DNA from: Chloroflexota bacterium
Lineage (GTDB): Bacteria; Chloroflexota; Dehalococcoidia; JACPQF01
Direction: 5' to 3'
DNA: 62,537 nucleotides
Assembly (NCBI GenBank): GCA_016190625.1
Contig: JACPQF010000075.1
Span: 1-62,537 of the forward strand
The notes beneath the pieces are model-generated. The model saw nothing but the letters and a program-made list of their open reading frames with translations, made no database searches and had not been told where the DNA came from. This document shows positions 16,534-25,400 of the stretch, piece by piece. Position numbers and translations under genes: made by a program. How positions within the stretch are numbered: the first letter of the stretch is position 1; each line of letters starts with the position of its first letter.

Positions 16534-17490
16534 ATGCGCCTAGTTTTTATGGGAACCCCTGAGATAGCCGTGCCCATCCTCGAGGCTCTGGTCGGCGCCG
16601 GCCACGAGATCGTCGCCGTGTATACTCAGGCCGATAGGCCGGCAGGCAGGGGACAGACCGTATTCCCGTCACCGGTGAAGCAGGCCGCTTTGAAGCACAG
16701 CATTCCGGTCATGCAGCCCGCCAGCCTCCGCGACCCGGAGGAGTTCGAGAGGCTGAGTCGGTCGGCTCCCGATCTGATCGTGGTGGCCGCTTTCGGCCAG
16801 TTTCTTCCCAAAGCCGTTCTCGACCTTCCTCCTTTCAAATGCTTGAACGTTCACCCGTCACTTCTTCCGCGCCATCGGGGCCCGGCGCCCATCGTCAATG
16901 CCATACTGGAGGGCGACGAAGAGACTGGCGTCACTATCATGCGCCTAACCGCCAAAATGGACGCCGGGCCCATTCTAGCACAAAGAAGAGTGCCCATCGA
17001 CGCCAAAGACACGGCGGCGACTCTCCAAGCCCGGCTTGCCCAAGTGGGGGCCGATCTCCTTGTCGATACCCTGCCGCGCTGGCTTGGCGGCGAGATCGCA
17101 CCCCAACTTCAGGACGAAGCCAAGGTCACTTTCTCGAAAATGGTGGCCAAGGAGGACGGCTTTCTCGACTGGGGCCAGGCGGCGGTCGACCTCTGGCGCC
17201 GGGTTCGCGCCTTCCAACCCTGGCCGGGCGCTTACACTCGATGGCGGGGGAAGATGCTGAAAGTGATCGAGGCGAAACCGCTCGGCCGGGGGCAAGAGCA
17301 GAGGCCTGGCAGCGTCTTGAAGCTGGACCCCACCAAGACCGGCTTTGGCCTCGGCGTCCAGACCGGCGACGGAGTTCTCGCCTTGGGAATGGTCCAATTC
17401 GAAGGCCGCAAGTCCATGTCTGGCGAAGATTTTCTGCGCGGCCACCGCGAGATCGTGGGAGAGGTCCTTCCTGGGGAAGGAGCAACCTAG
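16534..17490 (+). CDS. fmt: methionyl-tRNA formyltransferase
   Basis: MRLVFMGTPEIAVPILEAL and NVHPSLLPRHRGPAPI. RBS GGGAGG. Confidence 0.95.
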   Translation: MRLVFMGTPEIAVPILEALVGAGHEIVAVYTQADRPAGRGQTVFPSPVKQAALKHSIPVMQPASLRDPEEFERLSRSAPDLIVVAAFGQFLPKAVLDLPPFKCLNVHPSLLPRHRGPAPIVNAILEGDEETGVTIMRLTAKMDAGPILAQRRVPIDAKDTAATLQARLAQVGADLLVDTLPRWLGGEIAPQLQDEAKVTFSKMVAKEDGFLDWGQAAVDLWRRVRAFQPWPGAYTRWRGKMLKVIEAKPLGRGQEQRPGSVLKLDPTKTGFGLGVQTGDGVLALGMVQFEGRKSMSGEDFLRGHREIVGEVLPGEGAT

Positions 17491-17512
17491 AGGTTTCTGG
17501 CTATCACATCGA

Positions 17513-17554
17513 TCGTATGGGCGGATCCTTCCGCCGAAGGATTCGCCCATACGA
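17513..17554. repeat. REP-like palindrome TCGTATGGGCGGATCCTTC-CGCC-GAAGGATTCGCCCATACGA
   Basis: Near-perfect stem of about 18 bp, read directly. Lies 3' of fmt. Confidence 0.85.
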
Positions 17555-17587
17555 CATTTGGGAATATCCCAGAGGCGGGCATGTGCC

Positions 17588-18088
17588 CTAGCGCCGCGGT
17601 GTGGCCGTGGCCGTCGGCGGTTTTGCAGTGGGTGTCCTGCCTACCGGTCGGGTGGCGGATGCCATTGGCGCTCTGGTCGCCGTGGGCGTGGATGGGCGCG
17701 GCGCGGAAGGAGCAGCACTGCCGCTGCGAGTAGCCGTCGGCACTGACGTATTCGCTGGCTTTGGCGTCTGCGTGGCGGCGACGTCGCCGCGCGGAGTGAC
17801 CAAAGCGGAATTCGATCTTGCTGGGGAAGTGACGCTAGCTAGAGCCGTTCTCGTAACCGCCACCGTCCCAGTAACGCCAATGGCGGACGTCTGAACCTGA
17901 GGCGGACCCGGGCTGGGGGTACTTTCGTCGGCCAACTCGTCCAGAGACATTGTCCCGCTCTGGCCATCATTAGTGTTGGCTGCCAGTGTCGGGTAGACGA
18001 CGACATAGATAAAGGCAGACAGAATCGCCAGAAAACTGAAGATCACGAACGAGTTTTCCATTAGAGTCTTTAGAAGGCCCTTGAACAT
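17588..18088 (-). CDS. membrane-anchored Thr/Pro/Ala-rich low-complexity protein
   Basis: N-terminal TM helix (FVIFSFLAILSAFIYVVVY) followed by about 120 aa of T/P/A/S-rich sequence. Start taken at MFKGLL. Coding status rests on the ORF and the TM helix only. Confidence 0.5.
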   Translation of the reverse strand: MFKGLLKTLMENSFVIFSFLAILSAFIYVVVYPTLAANTNDGQSGTMSLDELADESTPSPGPPQVQTSAIGVTGTVAVTRTALASVTSPARSNSALVTPRGDVAATQTPKPANTSVPTATRSGSAAPSAPRPSTPTATRAPMASATRPVGRTPTAKPPTATATPRR

Positions 18089-18138
18089 TGGCGCTAACAC
18101 CGGCGGCGGGCTCTGCCCGGTCAATCACCCAAAATAGG

Positions 18139-18167
18139 TTGAATACTTCGCGGGAAGCTGATATAAT
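18139..18167 (+). promoter_or_regulatory. promoter TTGAAT-17-TATAAT for the GT2-methyltransferase-DUF2079 operon
   Basis: Hexamers at 18139-18144 and 18162-18167. Confidence 0.6.
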
Positions 18168-18285
18168 CTGGCAAAATTGCCTTTCTTTCCATAATACGGG
18201 ACTGCACCAGTATAAAGCAAGGATTCCGGCAAGTCAAGGCGGTAGTCGGACAGCCTGGCCCGAGCAGAAAGAGTATGGAGGGAGC

Positions 18286-19071
18286 ATGAAGACAGACAAG
18301 AGCATCTCAGTGTTTTTCCCGGCATACAACGACGGCGGGACCATCGCCAGCATGGTCATCACTGCCCTGCTTACGTTGCGAGAAGTCACCGACGACTACG
18401 AGGTGATCGTCATCAACGACGGTAGCGCCGATTTCACCCCCCATATTCTCGACGAGCTGGCGAGGAAGTACCAGGAGGTACGGATCGTGCACCACCCACG
18501 AAACAGGGGCTACGGCGGGGCGCTGTGCAGCGGCTTCGCCAATGCCACCAAGGAACTGGTGTTTTACACGGATGGCGATGCCCAGTATGACGTTAGAGAG
18601 CTGAAGCTTCTGCTGCCGGCCCTCCACGACGACATAGACCTGGTCAACGGCTACAAGATCGAGCGCCACGATCCATTCCATCGCGTCGTCGTCGGCAAGC
18701 TCTATCAGCACTTCATCAAGCTGGCCTTCCAGTTGAGGCTGAGAGACGTGGACTGCGACTTCAGGCTGATGCGCCGCAGCATCTTTGACAAGGTGCAACT
18801 CAAGTCGAACAGCGGCGTTATTTGCGTCGAGCTCATGAAGAAGATTCAAGACGCTGGCTTCCGTCTGGCCGAAGTGCCCGTCCATCACTTCCACCGCGCC
18901 CATGGCAAGTCGCAGTTCTTCAACTTCCCGCGCGTTCACCGCACCTTGGTCAACCTGACCGAGCTCTGGCAAGAGCTGATGCTTCCCAAGCTCGCCCGGG
19001 GACGCCGGCCGAAATCCGCCGGCTTAGAGGTTGCCAATCCTTCCGGCGGAAGGACCAACGAGGCCCTCTAG
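18286..19071 (+). CDS. GT2 glycosyltransferase (polyprenyl-phosphate sugar synthase, DPM1/Ppm1-like)
   Basis: ISVFFPAYNDGGTI, VIVINDGSAD and YTDGDAQYD (DxD). RBS GGAGGGA. The track start at 18088 is over-extended. Confidence 0.9.
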   Translation: MKTDKSISVFFPAYNDGGTIASMVITALLTLREVTDDYEVIVINDGSADFTPHILDELARKYQEVRIVHHPRNRGYGGALCSGFANATKELVFYTDGDAQYDVRELKLLLPALHDDIDLVNGYKIERHDPFHRVVVGKLYQHFIKLAFQLRLRDVDCDFRLMRRSIFDKVQLKSNSGVICVELMKKIQDAGFRLAEVPVHHFHRAHGKSQFFNFPRVHRTLVNLTELWQELMLPKLARGRRPKSAGLEVANPSGGRTNEAL

Positions 19072-19073
19072 AA

Positions 19074-19817
19074 ATGAACAGCGAAGAGTACCACCTCATG
19101 TATCAGATCGAAGACGGATATTGGTGGTACAAAGGAATGCGGCAGATCACCTTCGCCCTTCTGAACGGGATCGCTTCAGGCCGGCAAGAACGGAGGGTCC
19201 TTGACGCCGGCTGCGGCACCGGCGGAAACATGGTACCACTCGGCCGGTTCGGCTCGGTCGTCGGCATGGACTATGCCGAAGAGGCGACGCGCTTGTCTCG
19301 CCAGCGGGAGCGCGGGGCGGTCCTGCGCGGCTCCATTGCCGACCTGCCCTTCCCCCAATCCACTTTCGACCTCGTCACCTGCTTCGACGTCCTCTACCAC
19401 CTGGCAGTGGTGGACGACGTAGCGGCGCTGGGGGAGATGGGCAGGGTACTCAAACCCGGCGGCATGTTGCTTGTTAGGGTTCCTGCCTACGACTTTCTGC
19501 GCGGCAACCACGACGTCGTCGTCCATACCCGGCACCGCTACACCCTGGGAGAGCTCACCGCCAAGGTTCGCCAGGCCGGATTGCAGCCGATAAGAGCAAC
19601 TCACGCCAACACGGTCCTTTTTCCGCTGGCCGGAGCCAAGCGCCTTTGGGAATCTCTGCCGACGTCGCGTTCGCGTGCCCAGTCCGATCTGAAGCCAGTG
19701 CCGAAGCTGCTAAACGAAGCTCTGGCGGGGATTCTAGGTTTCGAGGGCTGGTTGATTAGAAGGACCAGTCTTCCATTCGGCCTATCGGCAATCTGCCTTG
19801 CCGTGAAAACGGCATAG
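19074..19817 (+). CDS. class I SAM-dependent methyltransferase
   Basis: Motif I VLDAGCGTGGN and LKPGGMLLV. The ATG lies 2 nt after the GT2 stop. Confidence 0.85.
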   Translation: MNSEEYHLMYQIEDGYWWYKGMRQITFALLNGIASGRQERRVLDAGCGTGGNMVPLGRFGSVVGMDYAEEATRLSRQRERGAVLRGSIADLPFPQSTFDLVTCFDVLYHLAVVDDVAALGEMGRVLKPGGMLLVRVPAYDFLRGNHDVVVHTRHRYTLGELTAKVRQAGLQPIRATHANTVLFPLAGAKRLWESLPTSRSRAQSDLKPVPKLLNEALAGILGFEGWLIRRTSLPFGLSAICLAVKTA

Positions 19818-19835
19818 GGGAGGAGAAACCGGGTC

Positions 19836-21806
19836 TTGGCAGCCCTTGACGCGCTTCTATCCAAGTTCCTTCCCAGCCTGGTCGGCGGCCTCGCCGTTGC
19901 CGCCTTGTGCCTCCTCCTGTTGCGAGCCCACGGGGATTCTCTCAAGTCGCGCCTGCGGCCCTATCTATCGTTCGTCGACACATCTTCGGACCGTCTCATC
20001 TTCGTGTTCATGGCCATCTACTTTCTCGTCTTCGGGGCCTTGTCCGTTCTTCGCCATGATTCACTCCGCTCCAACGCCTACGACCTGGGAATTTTCGACC
20101 AGGTGATCTGGAACACTTCACAGGGCCGCCTGTTTGACGAAACGGTGATGATCGAGTACACTTCCACGCTTCTTGGCAACCACTTCTCACCCATTCTCCT
20201 ATTCTTCGTTCCGTTGTATTGGCTGTTTTCCGACGCTCGCGTTCTGCTGATCGCCCAGACTGCTGCGTTAGCCGCCGGGGCACTTCCCGTTTACTGGCTT
20301 GCCCGCGATAAACTCGGCAGCCGTCCGGCAGCTCTGGCTTTGGCCTCCAGTTACTTCCTCTTCCCCGCTTTGCATTATGTCAATCTGTTTGACTTTCACG
20401 AGGTGGCGATCGCTAGCCCATTTATAGGGTTCGCCATCTACTTTCTCGTCAACCGCCGCTATCGTCCTTTCGCCGTTTGCCTGTTCTTCGCACTTATCTC
20501 CCGGGAGGAGATAGCTGTCGTCACCGTGGGGTTGGGTGTTTGGATCATCATCCTGCAGAGACAGCGCCTGATCGGAACGGCAGTGCTCGCCACGGGAGCG
20601 ATATATGGTTATTTGACGATCATGGTTCTTATTCCTCATTTTCAAGGTGCTAACGAGTACTACTACGTCGTGCGCTACGCCCATTTGGGTAAGAGCGTAG
20701 GCGAGATCGCGAAAACCGTTTTTCTGAATCCCCTGTACGTCCTGGAGCTGCTTACTTCTCCCCAACGCATCGAGTATGTCCTGCATCTGCTCGTTCCCCT
20801 CGGCCTACTCCCGACCCTTGGACTCGACCTGCTGGCCTTGTCCTTTCCCAGCTTCACCTACCTCCTACTGAGCAATTACAAGGAGATGTACGACGTCACG
20901 AACCAATACAGCGCGGTCCTCATTCCCCCCATTTTTCTCGCCTCCGTCCATGGCGTGGGGGTTCTCATGAGGCGAAAGCGCGGCAATGGCAACCTGTATC
21001 TGTGGGCCGCAGTTAGCTACGTGCTGGTGAGCAGCGCCGTGAGCTACTATCTTTATAGCCCAGGCCCATTTTCCCAGCGATTCAGGCCTGAAAGGTACGT
21101 GATCGACGAGCACACGGCGCAAGGGCTGCAGATCATCGACACCATGATCTCGCCCAAGGCTTCGGTCTCTGCCCAAACCGATCTGGTGCCGCATCTATCA
21201 CATCGCAAAGAAATCTACGTGTTCCCCTATCTTCATAACGCCAAATACGTGCTGCTGGACCGCTACGGCCGGACCTGGCCGCTCAAGAAGTCCCAGTTCG
21301 ATTACGCCGTCGAGGACCTCCAGTCCAACCCGGCCTACGAGCTGATCCTCGACCAAAACGGCTATCTTCTGTTCCGCCGGAAGCCTGGCCCGCTGCCCTA
21401 TACCTATGCTGGCTTGAAGCTGGGCGATTCTCTCGAGGCGGTAGGCTACGAGCTTAGCCAGCCGTCCACCCACGTGGGTGGCTCCATCGAGATATCCGTT
21501 TATTGGCGGGCATCAGACGACATGGAAGATGATCGGAGGCTGCCCAGGTTGTTCACTGTTCTCGAACTCATGGACCGGGATGGGAACGTGGTTTCAGGCC
21601 ATGGCAAGGAGCCGGGCAACGGATCGTTGCAAACGGACCGCTGGACAGCAGGAGATCTGGTGAGGGAGCGCTACACCATTCCTGTACCCATCAATATCGA
21701 GGCCGGCGAGTACACCGTTACGGCTAACATTCGGACTGACAAGAAGAGCTCCCGGAATCCGTCCCTCAGCTATACCGGCGAGCTCACGAAGGTGAAGGTG
21801 CGCTGA
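19836..21806 (+). CDS. DUF2079 polytopic membrane protein (GT-C-like) with a C-terminal extracytoplasmic repeat module
   Basis: SNAYDLGIFDQVIWNTSQGRLF signature and many TM helices. The C-terminal module is shared with the 22444 gene. TTG start. Confidence 0.85.
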   Translation: MAALDALLSKFLPSLVGGLAVAALCLLLLRAHGDSLKSRLRPYLSFVDTSSDRLIFVFMAIYFLVFGALSVLRHDSLRSNAYDLGIFDQVIWNTSQGRLFDETVMIEYTSTLLGNHFSPILLFFVPLYWLFSDARVLLIAQTAALAAGALPVYWLARDKLGSRPAALALASSYFLFPALHYVNLFDFHEVAIASPFIGFAIYFLVNRRYRPFAVCLFFALISREEIAVVTVGLGVWIIILQRQRLIGTAVLATGAIYGYLTIMVLIPHFQGANEYYYVVRYAHLGKSVGEIAKTVFLNPLYVLELLTSPQRIEYVLHLLVPLGLLPTLGLDLLALSFPSFTYLLLSNYKEMYDVTNQYSAVLIPPIFLASVHGVGVLMRRKRGNGNLYLWAAVSYVLVSSAVSYYLYSPGPFSQRFRPERYVIDEHTAQGLQIIDTMISPKASVSAQTDLVPHLSHRKEIYVFPYLHNAKYVLLDRYGRTWPLKKSQFDYAVEDLQSNPAYELILDQNGYLLFRRKPGPLPYTYAGLKLGDSLEAVGYELSQPSTHVGGSIEISVYWRASDDMEDDRRLPRLFTVLELMDRDGNVVSGHGKEPGNGSLQTDRWTAGDLVRERYTIPVPINIEAGEYTVTANIRTDKKSSRNPSLSYTGELTKVKVR

Positions 21807-21815
21807 GCAAGCTGC

Positions 21816-22100
21816 TCATACCACTTCGTAGATCACGCTGGGTTCCCTCACCCTGAATCGACGCCCTTCCTCCAGGCTATGCCCTCGCTCCTCACTGTTC
21901 TTCCACTTGTTGTAGGCGTCCAAGCTCTCCCAGATTTGGACCACCATGTAGACCGATGGATCGTAGGACTTGCGCAAGATGATCTGTTCATTCATCCCCC
22001 ACTGCCGGCGGATGATCTCGCCATCTCGCAGCCAGCGGACCGCCTCGTCCGCTTTGCCAGGCAGCAAGTGCACAGTCTGCACGAGCGCTATTCGTCCCAT
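21816..22100 (-). CDS. ABM (antibiotic biosynthesis monooxygenase)-like small protein
   Basis: 94 aa with a ferredoxin-like pattern (MVVQIWESLDAYNKWKNSEE). RBS GAAGGAG. Confidence 0.65.
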   Translation of the reverse strand: MGRIALVQTVHLLPGKADEAVRWLRDGEIIRRQWGMNEQIILRKSYDPSVYMVVQIWESLDAYNKWKNSEERGHSLEEGRRFRVREPSVIYEVV

Positions 22101-22326
22101 CTGTCGAACTCCTTCAGTTGTCCCCAGTTAAGGCCGCCTTCAGCCTCTTCGGCCCGGTAGGAACCTTTCGTTGTTGGCCCCGACCGTCATACTGAGCCTG
22201 GTGGGGGAGGCTCCTCACCCCCCGAGACACTTCGCCGCGGCTTAGGGTGGTAACCACCAGACCGCGTCGAACTGCTGGTCTTACTAGCCCTCGACTATTG
22301 TAGCACATCTACCCAGCCAGACTCAA
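22101..22326 (-). promoter_or_regulatory. promoter TTGAGT-18-TACAAT (22297-22326) plus a structured leader of about 190 nt for the ABM gene
   Basis: Hexamers read on the minus strand. The leader contains several GC hairpins and a duplicated GTTCGAC, one copy next to the SD. Confidence 0.4.
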
Positions 22327-22340
22327 CAGCCATTCGGGAA

Positions 22341-22369
22341 TTGACCCTGCCCTCGCCAAATGCTATAGT
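22341..22369 (+). promoter_or_regulatory. promoter TTGACC-17-TATAGT for the large membrane protein gene
   Basis: Hexamers at 22341-22346 and 22364-22369. Divergent from the ABM promoter. Confidence 0.6.
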
Positions 22370-22443
22370 TGGCGCGGAGCCGGCCTGCTGGCCGCCATTC
22401 AAATTCAGCATGCGGCCGTCTCACGAAGCCGATTGTGGTGCCG

Positions 22444-25400
22444 ATGGACCGAAAACATAGCAAGTTCTGCGCTGTCGTGGTTGCGCTCTCCGCCGCGTTT
22501 TCCTTCATGCCCCTGCTTCAACCGTACTTCTTCGCCTCCAGCGACGGGCTGTTCCACCTGTACAGGCTGATGGAGTATGACCTACTCCTCAAGAGCGGCG
22601 TTTGGCTTCCCCGTTGGGCGCCCGACTTCAACTTTGGCTCAGGGATGCCCCTGTTCAATTTCTACGCGCCGCTGACTTACTACCTGGCGGAGATCTTTCG
22701 CCTGTTCGGCGCCGGCTATGTCGATTCCCTTCGCCTATTTGTGGCGGCAATGATGGTTCTGTCGGGTCTCGGCGCTTTCCTCTACTCCCGAACCCTGTTT
22801 TCGCCCCTAACCTCTTCGCTCGTGGCCGTGGTGTACATGTATGCTCCATATCACCTCGTCAACCTCTACTACCGGGGAGACGTCGCCGAGTACGCCGCTT
22901 TCACTTGGTTTCCCTTTATCCTGTGGACCACGACGAAGCTTATCCGGCGACAGAGTTACGCCTATCTGCTGGTTGGCGCCATCTTCTACGGTATGCTTAT
23001 CCTAACCCACAATCTATCGGCCTTCATCTTCTCCGGTTTCCTGGCTATCTATGCCATCGGCACCCTTGTGGAAAAACATCTGGCCGGTGGGCTACACTGG
23101 CGGGCGCTTCAGAACGATGCCCTTCGCCTGCTGGCCATGGTCGCGTCGGCCTTGACGCTAACCGCTTTCTTCTGGCTACCGGCGGCAGTGGAGAAATCTC
23201 AACTTAGCTTCGAGCGATTGCTCGCCGCTTTCGATTTCCGCGAGCACTTTCCCACCATGGGAGAGTTGGTCTCAACCGACCTGATACACCGGTACGGCGT
23301 CGTGTTCCGCAGCGCCGAGGTCTACGGCTATCGGCTGGGACTTCTCCAAACGGCGTTTCTGGTCGCAGGCTTGATCTTGTTGATTTGGCAGCGCCGCCGC
23401 CTAGGGCTGGGAACCAAAGCTCAGGCTATCGTCTCCCTAGCCGTAACGGCCGTTTCCCTGTTCTTCATTTTCCCCGTGTCTCAAGGGATTTGGGAAACGA
23501 TTCCTATGCTGGACCTGACGCAGTTCTCCTGGCGTTTTCTGGCTTTCATCGCTCTGCCCAGCGCCTTTCTGGCTGGCTTGCTGATCGAGCTGCTTTCGGA
23601 CCGATTGCGGACGCTGGCCGTGCTCGTAATAGCCCCGGCGGTGGTCGCTTCGAGCGTTGCCGCCATGTTCCCGATCATGTCCCACATCAGCGAGGCACAG
23701 GTCACGCCGCAGGGTAGCATGGTCTTCGAGATGATGACCGGTGCAGTCGGTACCACGGCGGCAGCCGAATACCTGCCACGCTGGGTGAAGGAGATTGCGC
23801 CTAATAGTCCCTATGCTCTGGCCAGCGCTCTCGATGAATCGACGGCCGGCTCATCGCGACGGTCGTCCTCTGGCGTGGCTGCCGTCCAGACCGAGAGAAC
23901 TGGTGACCGGATTGGCTACCGGGTGAATGCTACCAGCCCCGGCGCGTTCATTTCGGACATTGTCTACTTCCCCGGCTGGATCGCCCGTATCGACGGGCGA
24001 CAGGTGATAAGTTTCATCGACGAGCCTTCGGGATTGATAAAGCTAGAAGTGCCCGCCGGAGAGCATGTGGTCGGCCTCGAGTTCCAGAGCACGCCGCTGC
24101 GCTCGCTGGCCGATGCCGTCTCTCTCGCCACGCTGGTCGCGCTCGCCATCCCGGCGATTTGGCGCCGCCGACGATCGCTCGCCTCTGGCAGCCCGGCGAT
24201 TCGGCTCAGCCGCTTGGCGGCCGGATCAGACTCGGAGGCTAAGGCCGGTGGGCAGGGTCGGGATGGGATGATGCGGATTGCCGGCGTCCGTATTACCCGA
24301 GAGCATCTCGCCAAGGCGCTGATTCTGGTGGCGCTGGCGTCCGTTTGGCTGGTAGCCAAGTCATCCTACGATTCAACTTACGCTGCCGCACCGTCGTTTG
24401 GCTCTCCGCTGGTGGCGAATCTGGACGGCCAGGTGATGATCGACGGCTATGCCCTGTCGGGACAGGACGGGAAACTCGATCCCGCCACCCAAATTGCCCC
24501 GGGCTCCACGCTGAAAACAACCGTTTTCTGGCACAAGCTAGACGGCGGCCGGGGGAATGATTACAGGCCATTCGTGCGGCTGACCAATAGATTCGATCGG
24601 ACCTGGGCTTTCGCCGCCGCCTTCGACGAACGGCCCGACGCCGGCCCGGGGCGCCCGGACATCATGGCCACGACCTTCGAAATGGCGGTGCCGGCAGGCG
24701 TTCCACCGGGCATCTACGAGATCGAGGTGGCATTCGAGAGCGCCGCAACCAATAAGCTGCTCGAAGTCAAAAGGGTGTGGGTAGTTCCCGTTCTGCCAGC
24801 CCACTCCGGCGTGAGAATTGGCCCAGTTGTCGTGGGAAGAGATAAGTCTCACCTGGCCGGTGAGGTCCCACCGGCGGCGATTCAGGGAAAACCCTATTTG
24901 GCAAGCCCGGTTAGCTTCGGCGACGACCTGCGCCTGTTGGACCTCTCTGTGGTCAGCGGGGAGGCTACCAAGTCCGGCAAGCCTGGCGTAGCCTTGTCTC
25001 GGGAGGCGGGATCGGATTCCTGGCAGTTGCGGGCGGGTGAAGCGGTGCACATCGACCTGCTTTGGCATACCCTGCGGAAACTATCCAGCAACTTGACGGT
25101 CACAGCTCGTTTGGTGGGAGCGGACCGCAGCTTTTGGGCCATTCGCGATAGCCAGCCTGCCGATGGCACGTATCCCACCACTTACTGGGCGTCCGGTGAG
25201 CGAGTGCGCGATCAACTAGATATCCTCGTTCCCCCCGAAACTCCGCCAGGCCAGTACGAGCTGCAGTTGGAGGTAGTTTCTCCCACGGGACCTCTGAGCA
25301 TTATCGGCAACAACCGCGCACCGATCGGGCCAACGCTCCGGATCGGCAGCCTATCCCTGCTGCCGGCCGCAGTTCCCGCCCGGCTCAAGGACCTGAAGGT

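Noticed and set aside
22101-22290. A known riboswitch class (cobalamin, TPP, SAM, ZTP, Moco, M-box, c-di-GMP, guanidine) upstream of the ABM gene.
   Set aside because: None of the conserved cores I can recall is present (for example the B12 box, CUGAGA, or the GGGUCGUGACUGGCG-type motif). Part of the leader is a copy of a dispersed repeat module. It is kept only as a low-score structured-leader finding.
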